Shown: positions 1-6,999, counted from the stretch's first letter. The stretch: 13,511 nt of DNA from a candidate division WOR-3 bacterium (GCA_037444665.1 JBBILZ010000059.1:1-13511); one strand, 5' to 3'. The notes: a model not told the origin generated them from the sequence alone. Numbers and translations are program-made.

Positions 1-1
1 T

Positions 2-433
2 ATCAGGGATTTGAAATACGGGAAATGCCCAGAGCCCTTTTTTATTTCTTATAGCAATCTTTTCTATTTGTTCAAACTCTCTTCGGTATAGTGTATCCGG
101 GGGATAAAATCTCGTTTCGGCAAGGCCAGCGCGAACCATCTCCATATTTACCATTTTATTATCAAGATAAACATAATACAGGTACCGATCATAATCGTCT
201 TTTATTGTGATATCTTTTTTCAGATGCACATTTTTATTTAAGATCATATTGGTGAGGAACTCTTTTGCCAGATCACCACCCGGGTCAACCATCTCGGGTG
301 TATTTATCCCCAATAACCGGACTGTCTTTTTTTTGTCGGTCTTAAATGTATCACCATCAATGACTTCGGTCACCTTCTCTGTATTTGTGCAGAAAAAGAA
401 TAAAAAACAAAAGACGATCTGCCACTTTTTCAT
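2..433 (-). CDS. Thermonuclease (SNase-like) family protein, 3' end runs off the window
   Basis: Manual translation (not in ORF track): MKKWQIVFCFLFFFCTNTEKVTEVIDGDTF...VRLLGINTPE...DDYDRYLYYVY...NMEMVRAGLA...A.RNKKGLW. It has the SNase motifs VIDGDT, RLxGIxTPE, DxYxR and GLW, and a hydrophobic N-terminus with Cys (possible signal/lipoprotein). Confidence 0.9.
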   Translation of the reverse strand, partial: MKKWQIVFCFLFFFCTNTEKVTEVIDGDTFKTDKKKTVRLLGINTPEMVDPGGDLAKEFLTNMILNKNVHLKKDITIKDDYDRYLYYVYLDNKMVNMEMVRAGLAETRFYPPDTLYRREFEQIEKIAIRNKKGLWAFPVFQIPD

Positions 434-439
434 ATCTGA

Positions 440-467
440 ATTATAGTGATTGGTTATAATATGTCAA
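440..467 (-). promoter_or_regulatory. Sigma70-type promoter for the nuclease gene (probably leaderless)
   Basis: Minus strand TTGACA-N16-TATAAT, then 6 nt to ATG at 433; no SD. Confidence 0.75.
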
Positions 468-470
468 GGC

Positions 471-498
471 TTGACTTATTAACTGATTTCAGTATAGT
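471..498 (+). promoter_or_regulatory. Sigma70-type promoter for the yidD-like operon (probably leaderless)
   Basis: TTGACT-N16-TATAGT, then 6 nt to ATG at 505; back-to-back with the nuclease promoter. Confidence 0.7.
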
Positions 499-504
499 AA
501 GATA

Positions 505-870
505 ATGATGTTTTTTATTATATTATTATTTTTTAATCAGAATCAAAAAGAGACAAATCCGGTAAAAATTGTCTTTGGTACTACGATAAAATTTTATCAG
601 AAGTTTATCTCACCTTCCCAGGGCGATGTCTGTAATTTCTATCCTTCCTGCTCACACTATGCTGCTCAATCAATTAATAAATATGGCATATTCTGGGGTG
701 GATTAATGGCATCAGACAGATTGATGCGTTGCAATCCCAATGCAGTAAGTTATTATGGTACATACTATACTGAGATAAAACACGGTAAACTCTATGACCC
801 TCCAGAAAATAATTTTATATTTTCACCGATTAAAAAACCATTTGATACCATCATTGAAAAAATAGAATGA
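505..870 (+). CDS. yidD: Membrane protein insertion efficiency factor YidD-like protein
   Basis: YQKFISP...CNFYPSCSHYA...KYG...G...DRLMRCNP matches the YidD three-Cys pattern; extra hydrophobic N-terminus. Confidence 0.8.
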   Translation: MMFFIILLFFNQNQKETNPVKIVFGTTIKFYQKFISPSQGDVCNFYPSCSHYAAQSINKYGIFWGGLMASDRLMRCNPNAVSYYGTYYTEIKHGKLYDPPENNFIFSPIKKPFDTIIEKIE

Positions 871-1574
871 TAATTTTTTTTATATTTTTACAATCAGAAA
901 TATTTGATCCAGAAAAGATCCGAAAATTTGCCGATTATCTATATTTGCAGGAAGATTACAATTCTGCAATTAATGAATATCGGCGTTGTCTTTTCTTGAA
1001 TGATAGTAATAGAACTGAAATATACGAAAAGATTATAGATTGTCTTGTGCGTTTGGGAAGATATGAAGAGGCAATAAAGGAAACAAACTATTTAGATGAT
1101 ACCATTGCTGCACTATATACAAAATCAAAAATTTATTTGCTCAAAGGAGATTATCAGATTGTTAGAAAATTACTTGAAAATATGGTCTATGATACAGATT
1201 TTAAAAAATTGGTCGGGTTGAGCTATGCAGGAGAATTTAATTTTATGAAGGCAAAAGAATTTATTGATTTACCACAACCCTTTCCAAAACATAAAAGTCC
1301 TTTTCTTGGTGGATTGTTCTCTTTATTCCCTGGTGCTGGCCATTTTTATAGTAATCGTGTTGGTGATGGTATCTATTCAATGCTGGTCGTTACAACTGCA
1401 GGTCTTATTTCTTATTATTATTACCATAACAATGAAAAGACAAAATTTTATACTGCCCTTGGTTTTACTATTTTATTTTATGCAGGCAATATTTATGGTG
1501 GAATAAATGCAGTGCATAATTATAATTATTACGAAAATGCAAAATACCGTGCAATAATTTTTAATCAGAATTGA
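867..1574 (+). CDS. TPR-repeat protein with C-terminal membrane (TM2-like) region
   Basis: ATGA overlap with yidD stop; TPR-like helices (ADYLY...DYNSAINEY, LGRYEEAI); KSPFLGGLFSLFPGAGHFY motif followed by hydrophobic segments. Confidence 0.7.
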   Translation: MIIFFIFLQSEIFDPEKIRKFADYLYLQEDYNSAINEYRRCLFLNDSNRTEIYEKIIDCLVRLGRYEEAIKETNYLDDTIAALYTKSKIYLLKGDYQIVRKLLENMVYDTDFKKLVGLSYAGEFNFMKAKEFIDLPQPFPKHKSPFLGGLFSLFPGAGHFYSNRVGDGIYSMLVVTTAGLISYYYYHNNEKTKFYTALGFTILFYAGNIYGGINAVHNYNYYENAKYRAIIFNQN

Positions 1575-2308
1575 TGATGATATTAATATTATTTTCCCAG
1601 TTTGTGCTTGCTGAATCGTTATTTGCAAAAAGATATTATGACCTGGCATCCATTGAATATCAAAGGATGTTCTTTTTTGATACTTCTGCTTATAATAATT
1701 TTCAATTACGGCTCAATTACACAATCGCTGTTCTAAATCAAGATTTTTTCAAAGGTTATGAAGAGGTTGAGAAATTATTCCGCGACTTTCCGGAGATTGA
1801 TACCGAATCAAAGGTCATTTTGGGCAGGGAATCCTATAATTTAGGGAATTATGATATTGCGGTCAATATTTTAAAGTCAACACCAGAAAAGAGATTATTG
1901 GGTCTCTCTTATTTGTTCAGCGGGCAATATTCAAATGCCCTTAAAGAATTCCAGATTTTAGATGGGGTGCTTGCTCAGGAAATTGAGGATTTTATTAACC
2001 GGCCTAAAAAATCGGTCACCAGGGCAATGCTCTTTTCATCAATCCTGCCTGGCACTGGTGAAATTTATGCAGGTAATGTAAAACAGGGCATCCAGGATTT
2101 TTTGCTCACCTCTTTAAGTGGTTTTATATTATATAACTCAATTAAAAATAAAAAATATGTGGATGCGGGAATAATATTCAGTTTTCTCTTTAATCGCTTC
2201 TATTTTGGCTCCATCTCAAATGCCGGGCGTATTGCCCAGATGGCCAATGAAAAAACAGAAATGCAATGGTTAGATTATATAAAAAATAAATATCCAATAA
2301 AAAACTAA
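1574..2308 (+). CDS. TPR-repeat protein with C-terminal membrane region, paralogue of the upstream gene
   Basis: TGATG overlap with previous stop; AESLF...YYDLASIEY, LGNYDIAV; KKS...LFSSILPGTGEIYAG motif parallels the upstream protein. Confidence 0.7.
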   Translation: MMILILFSQFVLAESLFAKRYYDLASIEYQRMFFFDTSAYNNFQLRLNYTIAVLNQDFFKGYEEVEKLFRDFPEIDTESKVILGRESYNLGNYDIAVNILKSTPEKRLLGLSYLFSGQYSNALKEFQILDGVLAQEIEDFINRPKKSVTRAMLFSSILPGTGEIYAGNVKQGIQDFLLTSLSGFILYNSIKNKKYVDAGIIFSFLFNRFYFGSISNAGRIAQMANEKTEMQWLDYIKNKYPIKN

Positions 2309-2334
2309 GGATGTGATTTTGTTTTAAACATCCT
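2308..2334 (+). terminator. Possible terminator hairpin after the TPR operon
   Basis: AGGATGT (2308-2314) / ACATCCT (2328-2334) 7-bp inverted repeat directly after the stop; no clear U-tract. Confidence 0.3.
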
Positions 2335-2338
2335 GGGC

Positions 2339-2366
2339 TTGACTTTCAAAGATTTTTTCGTATAAT
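2339..2366 (+). promoter_or_regulatory. Sigma70-type promoter, likely native promoter of the etf operon (now separated from etfB by IS110)
   Basis: TTGACT-N16-TATAAT; the next host gene on + is etfB once the IS is removed. Confidence 0.7.
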
Positions 2367-2513
2367 AAATGCATAAAGAGAATATCGGCGATAACCAATT
2401 TTGATTTTAATCAGAGCCTTGGGAAATTTTTTTATTTTTCCCAGGAATGGCATTCTCTTAACAAGCATTTTCCCAATAGCTTTATGGAAGTGCCTGAAAT
2501 ATACCTGAAGGAG

Positions 2514-3740
2514 TCAACTATGAAGAATTGGCGCCGGAATCAGAGGTGATTCAGGATGACGAATATCAGAGAAGGTAATTTTTCTGTTGAGCAGGGTATA
2601 GAGGACGCGCAGGAGTTTGTTTGCGGTGGCGATAACGGCTTTTTTATGTTTCATTCCCTGTTTCCTTTTCCGTTCGTAGTAGATACGAAACATTTGGGTG
2701 TAAAGGATAACATCCTGGGTTATCTGATAGATTGTCCGGCGCAGATGGCGGTTACCTCGTTTGGAGATTTTATATTGACCTTTGAATTTTCCGGATTCTT
2801 GAATGATTGGATCAATGCCTGTGCCGGCGATGATTTTTTTATGGGATGGGATATTCTCAATAGTTGGCATTTCAGCGATGAAGTTAGCGGCGGAAAGTTC
2901 ACCAATACCCGGCACCGAAGTGAGGATATTCATCTGTTCTTGATGGCTGGTATTTACTTTTTCAATGAATTTTGGCTTGAGCCGAGCCAATTCTTCTTCC
3001 AATTTAAAAAGTCTTTTGATGCAACTTTTCAGGATTTCCTCTCGGTTATCATCGTCAATACTGATGGTATTGTGAGTTATTTCTATAACTTCGGTGGCGG
3101 TGAGTCTTATTTTTCGGCCTTTGCCACGGGAAATTTTTATAATGATTTCGGTGATTCTTTCCTGATTCATTTCTCGGGCGACTCTTGCGGAAGGGATTTC
3201 CAGCAGGAATTCAAGCATGGTTTTGGTGAGGATGTTATATTTTGTTCCCAGTTCGTTGAAGATATTGAAGGTGATTTGTTTGATTCGGTTTTTAAGTTTG
3301 GCGATTTCCTGGGCGATTATTTCATATTCTCGGCCGAGGAGTTTAGTGGAATTGGTGGTGGTATAGTTTTTGATTTTGTCGGGGTTTTTGAGCAAGAAGC
3401 TGGCGATGGTTTTTGCCGAGATTTTGTCGGTAGTGGTTTTTCGCAAGGTGTTTGCTTTTTTGAAGTTTTTGACCAGCAGGGGATTGAGGAGTGTGATATT
3501 ATAGCCTCTATTGGTAAGGAAATTGAGGATATTGATATGGTAGCTGCCGGTGGATTCAATACCGATTGCGAGGTCTTGTGGGTTGCCGATGGTTTGCAGG
3601 TATTCAAGGATTTCGTTAAATCCTTCTTTGGTTTGAGAGAATCTTTTTTGGTTGATAATTTTTTCTTCTGTGTCAAGGACACAGAGGTCCAGGGTATTAA
3701 GGGATGCATCTATGCCGATAAAATATTTATAATCAGGCAT
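2514..3740 (-). CDS. IS110 family transposase/recombinase (DEDD RuvC-like plus Tnp20 domain)
   Basis: FIGID (D11), IESTGSYH (E62), LLNP, KTTTDKISA (D105, S108), SVPGIG, GIDP..QESG (S316), ISKRGNRHLRR, AVIATANKLLRVLY; SD AAGGAGG upstream of the ATG. Confidence 0.95.
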   Translation of the reverse strand: MPDYKYFIGIDASLNTLDLCVLDTEEKIINQKRFSQTKEGFNEILEYLQTIGNPQDLAIGIESTGSYHINILNFLTNRGYNITLLNPLLVKNFKKANTLRKTTTDKISAKTIASFLLKNPDKIKNYTTTNSTKLLGREYEIIAQEIAKLKNRIKQITFNIFNELGTKYNILTKTMLEFLLEIPSARVAREMNQERITEIIIKISRGKGRKIRLTATEVIEITHNTISIDDDNREEILKSCIKRLFKLEEELARLKPKFIEKVNTSHQEQMNILTSVPGIGELSAANFIAEMPTIENIPSHKKIIAGTGIDPIIQESGKFKGQYKISKRGNRHLRRTIYQITQDVILYTQMFRIYYERKRKQGMKHKKAVIATANKLLRVLYTLLNRKITFSDIRHPESPLIPAPILHS

Positions 3741-3766
3741 GGTGGGGCCTCCTTTTTTGCCTTAAA

Positions 3767-3924
3767 TGGATTAAATAATGGAAACAGGATGCTTTCTCTT
3801 CCATCCTCCAAAGTGATCCGGGATCTATGTCCCAACCAACTTATTGGGAATGGAGAAAGCAGGGGACAGACTCCTTCACGGGCTCTTGGCCCAGGTCGTA
3901 TGTCGTCCCCCTGTTTCCAATCCA
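3767..3924 (-). ncRNA. Putative bridge RNA of the IS110 element
   Basis: Non-coding end 5' of the recombinase with nested stems (given on +): GGAAACAGG 3780-3788/CCTGTTTCC 3910-3918; TGCTTTCTC 3790-3798/GAGAAAGCA 3853-3861; GGGGAC 3862-3867/GTCCCC 3905-3910; GGGC 3880-3883/GCCC 3889-3892. Loop sequences match the target and donor. Exact ends unknown. Confidence 0.8.
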
Positions 3925-3962
3925 TCAATTTTTGTGGCGGATTAAGTTCCATTAGTTCCATA

Positions 3963-3998
3963 ATTATATCAATATTATATCCAAATTCAACATAGGAG
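3963..3998 (-). promoter_or_regulatory. IS110 left-end promoter elements
   Basis: Two TATAAT boxes on minus (3974-3979 and 3963-3968); internal TTGAAT(3985-3990)-N16-TATAAT; the circle junction would give TTGACT-N17-TATAAT. Confidence 0.7.
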
Positions 3999-4003
3999 GT
4001 CAT

Positions 4004-4774
4004 TTGAATATCATTGTCTGCATAAAAAGGGTGCCTCAGACTGCTGAGGCAGATGTAAAAGTTGATGTTTCAGGTAAGGATATAGTTAAAGACCGTCTCG
4101 CCTTTGATATGAATGAGTCAGATACATACGCATTAGAACAGGCAATTTTACTAAAAGAAAAACACGGTGGGACAGTTACAGCCATCAGTCTTGGTTATCC
4201 TGATACTGAGGATACTTTGAGAATTGCCCTGGCAAAGGGGGCAGATACGGCAATCAGAATAAAGGCTGAGGAATTTGGCGAGATTGATGGTTATAAGACG
4301 GCAAAGGTTCTCAGTTCAGTAATAAAAACTTTTCCTTTTGACTTAATACTGACAGGCTGTATGTCAACTGATTATGCCTATTCACTTGTTGGCCAGACAC
4401 TCGCTGAACTTGTTGGAGTTCCTCATGCTACACTCGTTACAAAACTTGAGATTAATGACAATCGTGCACAGGTATATCGGGAACTTGAGGGTGGACTATT
4501 AGAACATCTGGATATTACCTTGCCGTTTCTGGCAACAATTCAAACAGGAATTAATACTCCACGCTTTGCTTCACTCATTGCAATCCGCAGGGCTGCGAGC
4601 AAAGAGATAAAGGTGCTTGGCAGTGCTGATATTGGACAGGACATTCTTGCCAATACAATACTTGAAGAATTGTTCGTTCCTCCAGTTGGCAAACGGGCAG
4701 AGATTCTCACTGGATCAGTGGATGAAGTGGCAACAAAATTATCTACGGTTATAAAAGATAAAGGCTTAATATAA
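4004..4774 (+). CDS. etfB: Electron transfer flavoprotein subunit beta
   Basis: MNIIVCIKRVP, NESDTYALEQA, ALAKGAD, DLILTG, RELEGG, INTPRFAS; TTG start after AGGAGG. Confidence 0.95.
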   Translation: MNIIVCIKRVPQTAEADVKVDVSGKDIVKDRLAFDMNESDTYALEQAILLKEKHGGTVTAISLGYPDTEDTLRIALAKGADTAIRIKAEEFGEIDGYKTAKVLSSVIKTFPFDLILTGCMSTDYAYSLVGQTLAELVGVPHATLVTKLEINDNRAQVYRELEGGLLEHLDITLPFLATIQTGINTPRFASLIAIRRAASKEIKVLGSADIGQDILANTILEELFVPPVGKRAEILTGSVDEVATKLSTVIKDKGLI

Positions 4775-4783
4775 GGAGGCTCA

Positions 4784-5764
4784 ATGAATAAAATTCTTAC
4801 TCTAATAGAACACCGTCAGGGCACAATTCGTGATATTACATTTGAATTGTTAACCTTTGCTAACAAAATCGCTACTGAGTTGAATACAAAATCCACTGCA
4901 GTGATTTTAGGACATAATACCGATGGCCTGGTTGCACAATTAAAAAGTTATTCCCATAGCATAATTGTAATGGACAATGCAGTATTCAAAGATTTTAATG
5001 CAGAAGTTTATCAAATGGCTCTGGCAGAGATTATCAGTAAAGAAAGTCCATTTTTGGTATTGGTTGGCCATACCGCATTTGGAATGGATTTGGGTCCTGC
5101 CCTTGCCACTCAATTAAATATACCTTTTGCTACAGATTGTCTTGATATAAAAGTCACAGACAGTAAAATAACAGTTATAAGGTCAATGTATGATGGCAAA
5201 TTGAATGCAAGAATTTTATTAAAGGATAGTCCATCATATTTGGTGACTTATCGTAGTGGAAACACACCGGTGGAAGCGGGCAATCTTGATGCCGAAATCA
5301 TAAAAATTGAAGCACCAATCAATGTTCAGCCAGAATACAGAAGATTTGTTGAATACATTGAGGCTGCGGTTGGTGCGATTGATATTACCAAAGCAGACAT
5401 TATTGTTTCTGTAGGCAGAGGTATTAAAGATAAAGCGAACCTACCACTGATAGAAGATTTTGCAAAGGCAATTGGTGGTGTCATTGGTTGCACCAGGCCG
5501 GTCGTTGATGCAGGCTGGTTGCCCAAAGAACACCAGGTGGGTTCATCAGGCAAGACTGTTAAACCGAAACTGTATATTGCCCTCGGTATCTCTGGCGCAT
5601 TTCAGCACATAAGCGGAATGAAGAATTCAGATACTATTATTGCAATTAACAAAGACCCTAATGCTCCAATCTTCAATGAAGCAGACTACGGAATTGTAGA
5701 AGACCTGTTTAAAGTGGTACCGGTTTTGAAGAATAAGATACTTGAGATAAAACAGGCGAAATGA
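4784..5764 (+). CDS. etfA: Electron transfer flavoprotein subunit alpha
   Basis: ADIIVSVGRG, GCTRPVVDAGWLP...QVGSSGKTVKPKLYIALGISGAFQH...IAINKDPNAPIF; SD AAGGAGG. Confidence 0.96.
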   Translation: MNKILTLIEHRQGTIRDITFELLTFANKIATELNTKSTAVILGHNTDGLVAQLKSYSHSIIVMDNAVFKDFNAEVYQMALAEIISKESPFLVLVGHTAFGMDLGPALATQLNIPFATDCLDIKVTDSKITVIRSMYDGKLNARILLKDSPSYLVTYRSGNTPVEAGNLDAEIIKIEAPINVQPEYRRFVEYIEAAVGAIDITKADIIVSVGRGIKDKANLPLIEDFAKAIGGVIGCTRPVVDAGWLPKEHQVGSSGKTVKPKLYIALGISGAFQHISGMKNSDTIIAINKDPNAPIFNEADYGIVEDLFKVVPVLKNKILEIKQAK

Positions 5765-5826
5765 TTGGTGTAAGTTATAAGGCATAGATGCTGGTTTGGT
5801 AAAAGGTTTTTCGGGGATAAATTACT

Positions 5827-6999
5827 ATGAATAATTTACTTAAACTCAATCCTGAAATTCGTGCACTCCTTATAGAACAGGGTGCAGATGATGCAATAAA
5901 GTGTTATGAATGCGGTAGGTGTATGGGTGCCTGCCCCTGGAATCTATTAGAGGATGTCAATTATACTACATATCAATTCCCGGAATTGATAAGGCTTGGT
6001 CAGTTATTAGCAAGCGAAGATAAGACCTGTATTGCCCGTGAATGTTCTGAGGTATTCCGCTGTGTTGGTTGTGATAGTTGTCTTTATGAGTGTCCAAGAA
6101 AAGTGAATATCTCAAATATTCTCAGGGCAGCGCGGAGAATAATGATTGATTTTGGCTCATATCCTCAAGAATTGAAGAGCTTTATTCTGAGATTGGGCAG
6201 TAATAATAATCCACTCGGTGAACCACAGGAAAAAAGGGGTGATTGGGCAAAGGAATTGCATCTCAAAAAGTATGACCTAACTACCGAATATCTTTTATTT
6301 ACCTGCTGTATCACTGCCTATGATAATCGGGCAAAGAATATTGCAAAATCGGTTGCTTATTTGCTGCAAAAATCTGGTGTTGATTTTGGCATAGTGAGCG
6401 AAAATGAATCCTGTTGTGGTGAGGCAGTGAGGCGTGCAGGTGCAGAAAAAGTCTTTCAGCAGTTATTCAATGCAAATCTCAATCTTCTAAAAAGTTCCAG
6501 CCCAAAGAATGTTCTTACGATTTCACCACACTGTTATACAATCTTCAATAATGAATACCGTAAAGAATATGAATTTCAGACCCTTCACTATACCCAGATT
6601 CTCAGTCAACTACTCAAAGATGGCAGATTGAAGCCGGTCAAAGATTTCAATAAAAAGGTTGTTTATCACGACCCCTGCACCCTGGGCAGACAGAGTGGCA
6701 TATATGAAGAGCCAAGGGAAATACTTAAAAGCATTCCAGGATTAGAACTTGTAGAAGTTCCATTCTTTAATAGAAAGAATAGTGTGTGTTGTGGTGCTGG
6801 CTCAATGGGTCTGTGGCGTGATTGGAATGAAGGTCGTCTCTCTAATTATCGTTTGCATCAATTATTAAAGACCGGTGCTGAGGTGATTGCAGTTGCCTGT
6901 CCATATTGTTTACAGATGTTTGAAGAGACATTAAAATCTATGAATATAAGCATTCCGGTAATGGATGTGGCAGAGATACTGTGTGAGTCTATTTCATAG
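5827..6999 (+). CDS. (Fe-S)-binding oxidoreductase, HdrD/GlpC-like (two 4Fe-4S motifs plus two CCG domains)
   Basis: CYECGRCMGACP, CVGCDSCLYECP, ESCCGE, SPHC, YHDPCTLGR, CCGAG, ACPYC. Confidence 0.9.
   Translation: MNNLLKLNPEIRALLIEQGADDAIKCYECGRCMGACPWNLLEDVNYTTYQFPELIRLGQLLASEDKTCIARECSEVFRCVGCDSCLYECPRKVNISNILRAARRIMIDFGSYPQELKSFILRLGSNNNPLGEPQEKRGDWAKELHLKKYDLTTEYLLFTCCITAYDNRAKNIAKSVAYLLQKSGVDFGIVSENESCCGEAVRRAGAEKVFQQLFNANLNLLKSSSPKNVLTISPHCYTIFNNEYRKEYEFQTLHYTQILSQLLKDGRLKPVKDFNKKVVYHDPCTLGRQSGIYEEPREILKSIPGLELVEVPFFNRKNSVCCGAGSMGLWRDWNEGRLSNYRLHQLLKTGAEVIAVACPYCLQMFEETLKSMNISIPVMDVAEILCESIS

Larger units (their letters stand above)
2512..3998 (-). mobile_element. IS110-family (bridge recombinase) insertion sequence inserted in the etfB Shine-Dalgarno
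   Basis: IS110 recombinase ORF; no terminal IRs; AGGAG at both 2509-2513 and 3994-3998; removing the element restores CCTGAAGGAGGTCATTTG (SD plus TTG start). CT core (AG on +) at 2512-2513 and 3997-3998 inferred from guide matches. Confidence 0.9.

Noticed and set aside
207..446. 79-aa + strand ORF
   Set aside because: Antisense to the thermonuclease gene, which has clear family motifs.
2556..3995. 479-aa + strand ORF as a functional protein
   Set aside because: Codon-aligned mirror of the recombinase, F/G/D-rich with no recognisable motif. Not annotated as a CDS; kept only as a possible translation-relay finding.
2509..3998. AGGAG as a classical 5-bp target-site duplication
   Set aside because: IS110 recombination uses a short shared core. 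Guide matches point to a 2-nt CT core plus end/target identity, though the crossover cannot be fixed from this sequence alone.
3710..4003. 97-aa minus ORF upstream of the recombinase
   Set aside because: Crosses the IS boundary and overlaps the structured bridge-RNA region; no protein motif.
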